From positions 124,001-188,000 of the forward strand of contig JAQGDQ010000040.1 in the NCBI GenBank assembly GCA_030141605.1: a stretch of DNA of 64,000 nucleotides. Reading direction: 5' to 3'. The notes under the pieces are model-generated. The model ran no database searches. It was not told the DNA's origin and saw only the letters and a program-made list of their open reading frames with translations. This DNA is from Tubiluchus corallicola (Eukaryota; Animalia; Priapulida). The stretch's first letter is position 1; every line of letters begins with the position of its first letter. A program made the position numbers and the translations under genes. This document shows, piece after piece, positions 43,523 to 56,329 of the stretch.

Positions 43523-46500
43523 TCCGCACCAGAATTACAGCGCCGCACTAAAAGTACAGGTCTATGGGCATTAATGAGCGCAATCATCGTTCACAATGTC
43601 TACTGTCCAGTGTCCACACACAAAAGCAACTAAGAAGAAAGCCAAATTTATGAAACTGTATTCTAATTTTTAGTATAAAATAAGTGATGTGAAAACCTTG
43701 AAACTTAAAAAACAAAAAACAAAAGGAAAAACCAGAACGAAAACTAACGTACTAACGTGAGAACTAATTATCTCAATGACTAGAATTATAATGCAACCAT
43801 GGATGCGTCATTTAATATTAAACGAGCGTTACTATTCATATTAATTAATAGTTTTAAAACTTGTTAAATTATTATAGTAAATCAATAATCATATTATATT
43901 ATTATTTTTATTATTATGTCAATAAAATTATATTTAAATTAGCAGCCAGCTAGCCTAGAATTAAAATCATTGTTTAAGTTTCCAAGTTGGGTAATACGGG
44001 ACCAAATCGTGTTTGTCAGCAAAATCAGTTCACTTAAATTACTGGTCCGACTTATTGCACAAAAGACTAAAATAATTATAACTTTTTATACTGCAACGGC
44101 AAACATGCGTGGCGGTGAGTTCGACGCCCGTGCTAATATGCAGAAATGGTCAAAATTTTTAATAATCATTATTAGGGGAAGTGAAAGTGGTATTTTGTCC
44201 TCTTTACACTATAACCCTGGTCAATATGAAATGCAATGTATATTTATTTATGCCATTTTATTCATACTCGTATACGGTACAATAAATGCACAAGAAAAAA
44301 CAATAAATGATAAGAATTACAATAAATTAGTTCAAGCTGTACATGTTGTAGGAAACAAGTTCGTTAATTTGTTAAAGCAAAATAATAATAATTATTATTA
44401 TTATAATAACCATAGCATTAATTATGTTATCATTTTAGTCTCAACACGTTTCTGTTTCAACATAGAATTTGTTTCACAAGTGTAGTTTTATAAATCACAT
44501 TTACGATTTTCTTCCAATAAATTACAAGAGTCCAGGTACAATAAGTTACATAAAATTAATATAATTACTAAAAATTAAAATTGTAATGAATTTCACAAAA
44601 CAATACTTACCAGGCAGGAACTTTATTGATATTTAGACTCTCATACCAAAAACTGTATTAAAATTCTTTTTCTTCTCTAGGTTGCACAAGTAAGTGTAAA
44701 CACAAAACAGATTATCACTTTTTGTTACAAAATCCCTCAACATTACTAATTAAAAATTAATAACCTAACTAACTACACATTAAAAAATTTTGCTAAGTAG
44801 GGTTTCAAGAACACTGTAATTCTCATTGTTAGATCTTTTTATTACAGACTTGCAATACTATAGATGTAATAAAGTAGGATTTTGTGTAAAAACCATTCAT
44901 TCTTGGTCACAAAATTTCACAGAAAAATGTCATCATGCTGTTAATATAAGCAGTGCAATACAGCTGTTAGATCTTTGTTTCTCTGTACTGTGTTTATGAA
45001 CTTCAAAGCAGTATTTTGTCTTAGTATTTAAATAAACTTCTCAGGTAAGCTTAGAACAAATTTTTACCAACATAATTATTCATCAAATTTAAAGACATGT
45101 TATGCATACCAAACGTGGATGACAAATTATCTATTTATTAAAAAATTAAATTTTGACTTCTAAAAACAAAAATATTACACCCCTGGAAATGCCAAAATTT
45201 ACTGATGGAATTAACAAACAATAAAACCGCTATTCTGCCAAAAATGTGATAGACAGGTAAAATAATTATATATACATCAACGGGAGCAGAATCCATACAA
45301 TTAATGCACCCAATTTTAAATGCATTTACCTACTTTTGTCATGCATTAGTTATCTAAAAATCACCTGATCAGATAACCAACTGTGAAAAATAAAAAAAAA
45401 CTATGGATTTCATCAACTCTATCCTAAATGCTATAATTTGAAAAGTTACAGCATAAAAATAACATTCTTCATTGGTGCTTTTAGAAATTCGATGTTTGAC
45501 AGAACACCATCCGTGAGATTAAAGAATTACTTTATAAAGAAATCTTATTAGCATTTACTAAAAGTTATTGGCAAATGCAATCAGTCAGTGATCATTAAAA
45601 ACTAATAGTTCCAACTATACGTTGGATTCATGTAAACCCTTTCTCCTAGGCATGACATTCTAATGGGCAAAAACAGCTTTATTTCTATAACTTTATTGTG
45701 AAATGCCTCAAACTTGAAAAATTAAGTAAATGATGTAAAAACAGCCATTAATTTTTATTTATGCACTCTCTTCATATCGTGAGCAGTTTTTCTCCTTGAA
45801 AATTGTAATTGCTTCAACACCAGGATTTTTGTTATTGTATATTATATCTACAGTCATACGCTAATAATACCTAAACGTTGTTTTGCTGACCCTTATATTT
45901 ACACAATATAATGACTGCTAGTCATCACTCTTCTACTCACTTTCAATGAAAAGTTAACAAGTGACCTGATACAAGTAATATAAATAAATAACCCAATACA
46001 CGTCTTCATTTTGCCAGCTTTAATATAAGTAGCAATGTCTGACCAATGTCGCATTACTCATTTAGCAATTCATTCAGGAAAGAATACTCTAAATCCTTTG
46101 CGCAGAACATATGAATAGAAGTTATAGAATTCCATACCTATTTCTGCTGATTATCTTACCAAATAATGCCCAGAAAAAATAAAAAAAGATTCATGGCATG
46201 AGAATGAACATGTATCTTTCAGAATTATGTTTTAAAGGACTGTCACAGCTCTGTAAAGGGTCATAGTCAGGAAAGAAACATAATGCAGCATTATAGTGGA
46301 AAAGTCTTTTAACATGATGTAGCAATATGGCAACAAAACATTCTACATGATAAAAACATTTTAAATTTTAATATAAATTACTAAATTAACGTAAAATTTG
46401 TTGCAGAAATCAATGAAATCACATGCTAATTTTTCTAAGGATTAGTACAAAATTACAAAAAGGAAACAAAATTACCTTATCACAAACCATTTAACACAGG

Positions 46501-46758
46501 CAACAATTAAATAAAATGTCAATTATATAGCAGTAATGCATGCACTAATCATTCGGCATATTACTGTATACAAATACTTTAGAATATTTTTAAAAAAACA
46601 AAATATAGTACTAGGAACTTTTTTTAAATTTCTTAATATTATTATAATCGTTGTTATAATTATATGTACTGCAAAGGGCTAGCATTCAGCACAATAGTAA
46701 GTCATTTTTCTACAAAAATATCTCCTCCATAAATATATATTAAATATATTTGTCTTTG

Positions 46759-47289
46759 CTAAAACATTACATCAAACATTACTTTTAATATTCCAACAAG
46801 AATTGTCCAAATTAAAGGTTCCTCTTCATCAGAATAATATGTTCCATGTTCTTTAGTATCACTGTGCAATGATTCCTCTGACTCCGACAAAGTGTCTTCA
46901 TTTTCTAATTGTCCTTCATACAAATAGATTTCTAGTACGTATTCACTTTCTATGCTGGATGGGTGACCATAAACTCCAATGCCAACAGGCCTTTTAAAAT
47001 AAGTAGGAATAACTATTTTGTCTACTCCACAAGTCACAGACTGAATTTCATGTTCATCAATGTCAAATGTTGGAGTTAATGTCTTATCTGATACATACAA
47101 ATCAGCATCACCATGTAGGCTATACAGTACCACTGTCACAGTTCCTGGACGATTTAAACGATAGTATGTGTAGTTTTCACTTCCGATAACATCATGAATC
47201 TGCTGTACTAGGTGACCAGCTTGAGCACAAATGCACGAAAAACATGTAGCAATAACACTCAGGCTTACTGTGTATGTGGGACATTTCAT
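46759..47289 (-). CDS. C6orf120: UPF0669 protein C6orf120 homolog, single coding exon, 176 aa
   Basis: Signal peptide MKCPTY..CAQA, NYTYY, SLHGDADLYVS, QSVTCGVDKIVIPTYFKRPVGIGVYGHPS, acidic linker and C-terminal hydrophobic PLIWTILVGILKVMFDVMF. The ORF-track start at 47313 is TTG; the first ATG is 47289. A 5' UTR acceptor precedes 47360, with a plausible donor at 49568. Confidence 0.92.
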   Translation of the reverse strand: MKCPTYTVSLSVIATCFSCICAQAGHLVQQIHDVIGSENYTYYRLNRPGTVTVVLYSLHGDADLYVSDKTLTPTFDIDEHEIQSVTCGVDKIVIPTYFKRPVGIGVYGHPSSIESEYVLEIYLYEGQLENEDTLSESEESLHSDTKEHGTYYSDEEEPLIWTILVGILKVMFDVMF

Positions 47290-47533
47290 TTTTGAAGAAT
47301 AATCAGTTCCCAAAAAGATACTATTTAGACATCACGCATAATGCGGCCAGACAAATCAACCTGTAACAAACATTTACAATTGTTTAATTAACTCAATGAG
47401 TAAATAAAGAGGCTGCAGTGACGTCAAGCAAGCGCAAGTGTTCTATGTGGTGTTGAACTATCTACCCACCCTGTGAATTTCCTTTTCACCAATTTTACAT
47501 GTCCCATAAAAATGACGATGATGATAAATTTTA

Positions 47534-49312
47534 GGCAGTGACTAAAGGTACGGATCCGTATACAGAACTGCAGCAACTAAAAATACGGATCCGTGTCTCG
47601 AAAGCATTCATTAGAAAATACGGATTGATCCATACTGCAAAAGATATTAAAGAGAAAATACGGATCGCCGTACCGCGAAAGATATTTATGAGAAACTACG
47701 GATTACCATCAGAAATAGCGGCTATCACATTGCAGATATCACCACAAAATCCGCAACTGTAAATATCCGCATCCACAAAACCTGCAACTGTAAATATCCG
47801 TATCTGCAAAATCCGCAACTGTAAATATCCGCATCCGCAAAATTCACGGATTGAGTGAAATTGAATATCCTCATAGATATCTATATTACTATGTAATCCG
47901 TAGGTAGGACACTCCATTTAAACAATTAGCAGTGAATGTGTGCAACACTCTACTATATTACAGTGAGCACTTATAAAAAACCATTATGAAATGTTTTTTT
48001 GAAGTATCAAAGTGCTTTACTGCATTACTAAATGAGCATTCTACACTCACAGTGCACAAAATTTTTTTGACAGGGTCATGGGTCAAAAACGCTTCAAACA
48101 AACACTTTACATACAGCACAATTAAATACATAATTAAAGCAATAAGTGGGATTACATTGGGGCAATAGGCATTTCAGGCCTTTAAGGTCAAAATAGGTCA
48201 GTAAGGATTATTTAACTGTTTTTCGGGATTAAGGATACAAAATTTAGGTTTTAATTCACAAACAGAAATTATTGCTTTCTAATCAGAGAATTAACTAGTT
48301 TTCATGAACTAGGTTTATACATTGCACAGTATAAGTCTCGGCCTATTCAAACCATTAACCCCGAGGAGTCACAGAGAAAGCGAAGTACAGCAAAGTCCAC
48401 TAGTTCCAATTTACATGTTGACATACTTCTGCCAAAGACAAATTGTTTTTGTCAGACTATGACTTACCGAATTTTGTTGCAATTTCAAAGAATGAATTTT
48501 GCCAATATGCCTTAAACGCCGACTAATACACGAATAAATTTATAATTGTGGTTATTTATACCTTCTTGCATATCTAAATTATGTTGGCCTAAATTAAAAA
48601 CATCTGAATGACAAATAGCTGCAAACACATATGTAAAAACTACGCTTTCAGTGCATGCATACACTGCCGAATGGATTTTCATATGCCTTCTTAGGTTAAG
48701 TTCCGATAACTTAATTAGTCTATTTGCAGCAGGCGAGGGGTATAAATTAGTTAAATTACTAAACTAGATATATTTACAGCAAATTTTGTGTTCAGTAAAG
48801 TTTAGAACTGCAGAATTAATAATGTAAAAATAGGCAAATAATTACAGATTATAAAGAAGTTTATTAGACTGATTGAGTGCAGTCAACTTGATGTTTTGAC
48901 TCAATAGAAAGTGCATTAATGTGACAGTCGAACATAATAACACTCATTGCAGCCTTCAATTAAATGCAAATTTGTAAAATGGCGTTTTTATTTTTAAATA
49001 GAAATGACGTATAAAACACTACAAAAATTGAGTTGGAATATGGCAGTCATTGATTGTAGTACAGCTTTGATAAACAAAATAGCTAACTAATATGGGACCT
49101 GGCTCACATAGAGATGCTCTAAAATGTTTACAATGACAAACAAAATAATAAATCAAGCGAGTAATACGGGCACCAGGTGAATGTAACAGTTCAGCAGCTC
49201 TTATAAAGTGGACCTACTGTAGATCACATAAGGACCAAAAATTTTTGCAAATTGTTGCAATAATAGCTACGAATACAAAGACGAGTACGGATCCGTACCT
49301 CTAGCCACTGCC
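47534..49312. mobile_element. ~1.8-kb non-autonomous DNA transposon with ~27-bp TIRs and TA flanks
   Basis: TA-GGCAGTGACTAAAGGTACGGATCCGTA ... TACGGATCCGTACCTCTAGCCACTGCC-TA, with internal ~31-bp tandem units aaatccgcaactgtaaatatccgcatccac at ~47747-47840. Confidence 0.8.
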
Positions 49313-50479
49313 TAATTTTTACACTTAACAAGTTCTAAGTTAGTGTACAGTTTTTAGACTTCTCAGCCTTCAACAGAGGGAAAGAATGTGAGTCAGGAAT
49401 CTTTTAAGTAACGCACAAAATTTTAGTTATTCATTATGATTACCTGTTATTAAATGATATTTATTTACCACCTAATGAACACAAAATTTAATAGCTCAGA
49501 TCTTGAACCATGTGAGCAATTTCAAGACAAGAAATCTTTGTATTGGATCAAAGCAAGATATGACCTACGTTGACATAATTAGCTTGGCGCCGTCTACAGC
49601 GTTAGCCCATCTTTCGCACAATCCGGTTCAACAAAGGAACTGAGTGAGTGAACTGATCAGCGTGCGTCCTCCATATTTAGTTAATAACAGTAATTTAAAA
49701 TAACAATAATATTTCAAATAATTAATTAAATAAATTATACATTCATTTAATATCAATTTTGAATCCTAACTAGGCAAAACGCGTTTTTGATTGAGTGGTG
49801 CACCTGGAGGGTGAGTCAGCAACATTTTACTGGTGAAAGCATTTTAAATAATCAATAATTTTCATTATAGTTACATAACTCTTTCAAGCAGGTAAGCGAA
49901 ATGCTAAGTAATATAACTTTGCAGGGAACGTTTTTGGGGCATAGTTTAACATTTCCTTTTCTTCGCCTGATTTACGTTGTACGTAGATGGCATCGTGTAA
50001 TGGCACGGTCAGAAGAGTATAGCGGGAGATTTAAAATGAAAACAAACAAGAAATCCTTTTAACGTGAGTATAATGTATGCATAAAATTACTACAAAGCAA
50101 TATAATCTTTTAAGGCGATTTTTGTGAAACATACTCAGGAACCCCTTTTCTTGTCCTTTAAATAGGCCAGCCTTTCAGGCAATTGTAACATTTCGTTAAG
50201 GTACGTATCTAATTTTTATTTAGCCTCATTTTGAATGGGAAACAAAGGTAAGGTAATCCGTTTCGTTACATCTTTGTCAAACACTAATGTTTTCTTTAAG
50301 GGTGACATTCGGATTATAGTAATTCTGACTTGACCTATTTACCAAATTACCACCTAACTGCAGTGCATGGGCTGGCCTATAAGTGAGTTTCGCCTGACAA
50401 AATGCTGTAACATATAGCCAGTGCCGCCTATACGAATCTTAACAAAGAAAGTTCCTTTGTTTATATTTTGAATCATTAA

Positions 50480-51279
50480 ATAAGTACGCTCCAGTAATTA
50501 ACTCTTTCTTCAAACAATGCAATATATTTTGAGTGTAGATAATATACTTTTTTATAATATCGCGATTTTTATGTATAAAACAAATAGCCAGTATTACACA
50601 AATTCTTTGAAAATCCAATCAAATTGAATGTAAGATTTTATAGTACCAGATTTAATCAATACTTTCTTCCATACGTCCATAAGTCTGTACGAATGTCGCT
50701 AAGCACTTCATTTGTTTTCTCTGTTCCATTAATTTGGAACAATTTTCCTGCTTATATAAAATTCAAGCAGAATATTTTCAAATATAAAAATGGCCTCAAA
50801 TGCTTTATTATAGGCCATAATCCAAACATATATATATATTTTGTAACGTTTCACTTTCAATTAAACTCATAAAAGAAAAAGTCGTACTGGGCTATACTCC
50901 ATACAAGAAGAGGCAAAAGGAATTTTGTAGTTGAGCGGACGTAATTTGATTTCGCTCCCCTTTGTGATTGCGACTGACTTGCTGACTTATTTACATACTT
51001 TACGTTCTCGTGCCAGTCTCATGTGAATCTAATTTTTCATTCTCATTTCCATTTTATGTCTTCATTCGATCCCTTTCACCTGTCATACTTCTCCTCTTAC
51101 CATAAATCGCCTTTTATTTCTACATCTGCATAATGCAAGTTTTCCTTTTTGGCAGACCCGATAATTTACTAATCAACTTTAATATTTAGATGTTTGCTTT
51201 CCTTTTAATTCTGTAATTATTTCACCATATTTGTGTATTATTTTGTTATGGTAAATAGAATAAACTAAACTAAACTAAG
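50480..51279 (+). mobile_element. L2-group (Crack/Daphne-like) LINE 3' end
   Basis: Degenerate LSVDNILFYNIAIFMYK..YSTR..SFVFSVPLIWNNFPAYIK..FKYKNGLK, then a pyrimidine-rich UTR, AATAAA and a (CTAAA)n tail at ~51258-51279. Confidence 0.7.
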
Positions 51280-52037
51280 TTGTCGTCACCTTCTGTTAAT
51301 TGAAAATTATATTATATACAATGCAGGATAGATTATCAAATTTCTTTGTTTTTGCTTTGCTTTTCCGAAATGTTTAATGCATGTTTGTTAATGTTTACTA
51401 ACAGGCTGGTGAACTGTTTGCTACCCAGTATTTTGGATAATCAAACTGTTATGCTGTCTTGATTAGGTGTTAAGCGAGTACATCATAGAAACCCAATATT
51501 TTTCGAAAAAATAATTGTCAATTAAGGATTTAAACTTTCTTAGGGTTGGTACGGTAATCACCAAAGCTGGCAGATTATTCCATTCATTCACTACTCTCAT
51601 AGTAAGTGAACATTTACGAATGTTAAGACGTGACCACTCTTTAAATGTTTTAAACGGTATCCTCTAGTTTTAAAATCAGCAACAAAGAATTTTTCAGACA
51701 AAATGTTTTCCATGCTAGTTAGTATTTTATAAACCACAATAAGATTTGCACAAGTTGTGATTAACAAGGGCTTCGTCAGCAGCTGTTGCTCTTTTTTTAC
51801 TATTGTAATTTGTAACTGTTTCTGTAAATAACCATTTCGGTATAGGTATCACTCAATCACCAATGAGGCATTTGGAATGACCATAATGCCGCATTGTGGC
51901 ATTGGCTCTCCGCAAATTTGGTGCATCTGTAGTAGTTCAAACTGCTGTATGTGGGCTAGTGCTGTGAAGGGCGTCCAACGTGTTTGACATTCTGACACCT
52001 CTGCAAATACTGAACAGAGAGTTGAGACTTGAGTGTT

Positions 52038-53004
52038 GGGCGCCGAGTAATCCATTGGCCAAGTACGACAATTGACGTACATGGGCTAGCCCAAGTAGGA
52101 CGCGTCGTACATAGGCTAGCCCAAGCAGGACGTGTCGTACATGGGCTTCCCAAGTAGGACACTAGAGACAGGTCGCGAATTGAGTTGTTAAGCGTACTGG
52201 CACCGTCCGTTGTCTTTGTTTACGTAATAATAATAATAATAATAATTAAAAACGCCAATACACGTTGAATAATTTATTATACATCTGATTAAATAAAAGA
52301 ATTTTATTCTGAGCTGCTACAACGGACACTATTAAATTTGGCTTCGATATTAATGCTGCTGAAGTGAAATAAACCCACTTTTTAGGCGAATTCAACATTA
52401 AATTCAGTTTAAGATATATCATTTTTTAATTTGTCTCGCTTCACAGACAGGTGATTCGTTTCACTACCTCTTGGGCAAATAATTGTTTTCTCCTAAGTAA
52501 GCGTGTTAGCGACCTATGGGCTAGCGAGCCATGTACGACAGGGTCTTACATGTCACAATACTATTGATATTATTAACACAAATTGTCATTGCTTTTCCTA
52601 AAAAGTTAAAAATTAATTTTTCGTGTTGTGAAGGCTTAGCAGCATCTGTCTCATTTTTAAACTTGCAATTATTTCTGTAATAATTGTGTGCATAGTTTCT
52701 CTCTTTAAAGCATTTGATACTTAGTTTAATATTATGATGATTTTAATGGAGCTAATAATACTAATGATACTATTGTAAAAAATACATTAATTTTGTAAAT
52801 TGTTATACATCATTATTATAAAGTTACATTTTTGTAAAACAAATTTAGTTTTACGGTTTATTATGTCATCATAATTCTCGATTCTCGACAAAAATCGCCA
52901 GTGCCTTACTTGGACTGCCCAAGCACGACGCTGCTTTTCCGCAGATTTGGCACATGCGTATTACCGGAAATGTCCAACTTCGGCTAGTGGATTACTCGGC
53001 GCCC
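52038..53004. mobile_element. ~970-bp MITE with TIRs and subterminal repeats
   Basis: GGGCGCCGAGTAATCCATTGGCC ... GGCTAGTGGATTACTCGGCGCCC; three ~30-bp units gtcgtacatgggctagcccaagtaggac at 52075-52160 with inverted relatives near 52520 and 52905. No convincing TSD. Confidence 0.8.
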
Positions 53005-55074
53005 TACATGGAAGTTTTGGATTAAAGTTCTGGTTATTCTTATCCAGCTCTTGCGGTTCTAGTATTACAGTTACCCCAAAGTCATAGCTAACGTAAGTGG
53101 AATTCGGTTTTATAATGGCGATTGCGACTTTCGACTCTTTCCACTTGTTTTAGGCGGTCACCTAATAATGCAGTGCAGTCTCCTTTTAAACGCGGGTTGG
53201 TCCGTAATGGAAATTTTGTTATACTATGAGGAATCTACATGTTAGGAAAAAGAAATAGACCTGTAAATTTATTTGAACTTCTCTTTTGCAAAGAATTTCT
53301 TTTTGGCTTGTACATGATTATTCTTAGCAAGCAGGTTTGCAACATAGCCTCAAGTTTGCATAATATAATTATAATCTTTAACCTAGTATTACCACCTCAT
53401 GTAAATATCACTTCTCAGTCATTATTGTAATTAGTTCTAACAGCTGTACGTCAAACTGGGAATTATGCCAAAACTGAGTTCTGCATCTAAAATTCTAGGA
53501 GAGTGGTCAGCGCTAATATTGCCTCTAGTGGCTGGCTGAAGGACAAAATCCAATTAAAACTTAAATTCAAAGTAGACCGTGTTTCTGACGAAGTCATAAA
53601 CTTAAAATTATGCATTATGACCAAAACGGCAAGTGCTGACTTTTGATTTCAATACTTTTGATTTAAAATATGCTAGTGCATTTTTTTAGTCCACATTTGC
53701 TACAAGCCATTTCAGAAACTTATAAGCAAAAACGGAATTAGCCTACTATAGATTATAAACACGTTGCAGTTTCAACTGCTTCGCTTTGGCTGCTAGCAGC
53801 AGGTCTGCCTGTGTCAAGGTCAATGCTGCACTCACTGCACTGATTGTTACCTGTCTGCAGTACATTCTGTTTTTATCAGTCAAGCTTGTGCTAAATATCA
53901 ACGATTCAGATTATCACGATACTGGTGTACTTTGACGATACACGTATCGTTACAAAAGGTATCACAATGTATCGTTACAGGCCTAGACTTAGGTGGCCAC
54001 CCTACAAGTTTCGCGATTCCAGCTGTTATACATAGAATTATGGAGTTATTGACCAGACCCCATTCTAACACTTTCACCCGTGTCACGTGACCAGGCCACA
54101 CACTAACAATACCAATGTTAGTTTCCTATCCTCAGGTGTCTACCATGCAAGTTTCGTGACTCTAGCTGTTTCAGTTTTGAATTTCAAAATTGGAGAAATA
54201 AATGGTTGATTTGTAATAAATACCATAAAAATTATACAGAATCTTAATCAGGTAAAGTGTGCTTAGTATGAATTACTTGGGAACTCTGACAATATTTTAT
54301 GGCAGTTTTATTCACATAATTATATTAGTGAAGTTCAAATACACATGCTTAGTTTATTTTGATGGTTTATTTGCAAAAAAGTTTTAGTTAACTGAAATGT
54401 GGTAATGGGACATATTTGAAATTGTGTTATTCTAAGCTGAATACCTCACACACTGTTGTAGGTGTCAGTTGATCAATGACACATTTCGTTCTCAGTTCTA
54501 TTTGCTTCAAACGCTTTTAATTGTAAATCGGTTTTTGGAGAGAGCCTTATTAAGTGGGCTGCTTTAGATCCTTTTGGACCACATTGGAAATATGTTTTTA
54601 ACTTTTTTGTTATATTTTCTGCGATATACTGCCAATGCCTGACAAACTCGATCTTACTGCATTTGACAGACAACCCAAAACAGTAGTACTTTTTGAGCTC
54701 AATGCCTCACTTCACCTTTTGAAGCTGTTAGTAGTTGATCATCAGTATATAAGACAGACAAATATACTGCCTAAATCAGTAACCTCCAAAAAATAGTTTT
54801 TCTGTACATCTTGTAGTTTTTAAAGTTGGTTGCAGAGGAATGTTCACTTATCATAATCAAAATTGTCTCTGATACCACTTTCAAAGTCTGCCACTATCAC
54901 CAAACTTAGGTTAAAAAATGTTCAACCTAACTGTCAGGAAAATAAGACAGATTACAACACAATCCATGTATTCTATATTCAATAGCAGTTCAGAGTTTGA
55001 ATAGCTAAATCCACCTTTAATAAAAATGTAGCAAGGAGTTTACAATTTCTCATACATTTTGACTAATCTACCGC

Positions 55075-55160
55075 AAACCCAACCCTAACTCTAACCCTAA
55101 CCTCAACCGTAACCCCAACCCTAACCTCAACCTCAGCCCCAACCCTAACCCTAATTCTAA
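55075..55160. repeat. Degenerate (CCCTAA)n telomere-like repeat
   Basis: About 14 hexamers: aaccct, aactct, aacctc, aacccc variants. Confidence 0.8.
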
Positions 55161-55948
55161 AGCTAATCATAATCAGCTTCACGAACTAATTTCTTGTATG
55201 TGGAAACTTTAGCCAAAATTTAAAGCTTTTATCAGTTTCTTAGTGTGTTTTACCTTTTAAGCTAGTTTGCAAATCATATCTCTGTATAATTTTAGCTGTG
55301 TGTAAATGCTTTAACTTAGCTGCGCAGTGGATTAAATTCCAACTCGTTTTTATGTGTGTAAATGTTAATTTTTTGATTGTTTTAAACGTTTAAACGTTTT
55401 AATTCTCTCTAGCCGGGGCAGTTTTATACAAATAGTGTAATTTTGCTATGGTTGTAGGCTCTGGGTTGTATGTAAACTTGTTGTTTTAACTATTTACAGA
55501 AAATAAATAACATGAATAAATAATGATATTGTGATCTATGCAGTTCATCCTTTAGATTTTAAGTAAGTTTCTATTTTTTGTATTTTTGGTGCCTGTCTTA
55601 TCTTGTCTTGTCCTGTCTGTGTATGCAATTGTTCCTGTATACATCATACTGATATAAGACATCAAAAATTAGCTAGCTAAATACTGATCATTTGACTTGC
55701 TATTAGTTGCGTTTAACAATATCCCTGTTATGTATGCCTGTTATGTGAATTAATGGTTAAAAGTTAGTAGCAGGTAGCACCTCTCATTGCTCATGCTTTA
55801 TGTGCTTGGGTGGGCGATTAAACTCTTATTTAAAAAACGGATGTACCCATATACACATGTATGTGACACTGTTTCAACAAGTTTGTTTTTTAAACTTCAG
55901 ATTTTTTCAAGTGATTCCTTTCTTGGCTGTGGACAAAACTGTTTTGAT

Positions 55949-56329
55949 ATGGATGAAGAGCTTCAGAAATTGAGAGCAAAGAGACTGGCTGAAATGCAAC
56001 AGCAATATGGTGGTGATGGCAGCCAAAAACAGAATGAAGAGGCTGAACGTGCAGCAAGAGAAGCAGAAATGAAAAATAGTATTTTAAGTCAGGTACTCAG
56101 TCAGGAAGCACGTGCTAGACTAAACACTGTGGCATTGGCTAAACCAGAAAAGGCAAAAATGATAGAAAACATGTTGTGCAATATGGCTAGAACGGGACAA
56201 ATTCAAGAAAAACTAAATGAAGAACAATTTAAATCATTATTAGAACAAGTCAGCCAACAAACACAGAAAAAAACCACTGTAAAGTTCGACCGCCGGCGAG
56301 CTCACCTAGATTCTGATGAGGATGACTGA
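55949..56329 (+). CDS. PDCD5: Programmed cell death protein 5, single coding exon, 126 aa
   Basis: MDEELQKLRAKRLAEMQ..EMKNSILSQVLSQEARARLNTVALAKPEKAKMIENML..KKTTVKFDRRRA..DSDEDD. A splice acceptor (aaacttcag, 55900) precedes the ATG; the probable 5' UTR donor is gtaagt at 53093. Confidence 0.96.
   Translation: MDEELQKLRAKRLAEMQQQYGGDGSQKQNEEAERAAREAEMKNSILSQVLSQEARARLNTVALAKPEKAKMIENMLCNMARTGQIQEKLNEEQFKSLLEQVSQQTQKKTTVKFDRRRAHLDSDEDD

Noticed and set aside
43970-44485. 171-aa plus-strand ORF upstream of RPS4
   Set aside because: Non-ATG start, AT-rich low-complexity composition (I/N/Y runs) and no recognisable domain.
52075-52160. Three ~30-bp direct repeats resembling a CRISPR array
   Set aside because: The units are contiguous with no unique spacers, sit inside a MITE, and the locus is eukaryotic with no cas genes.
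53585-53607. CTGACGAAGT..ACTTAAAA hammerhead-like motif
   Set aside because: No GAAA box and only a 3-4-bp stem.
55787-55948. 54-aa N-terminal extension of PDCD5 in the ORF track
   Set aside because: It starts at a non-ATG codon and crosses a clear splice acceptor at 55900; homology begins at MDEEL.
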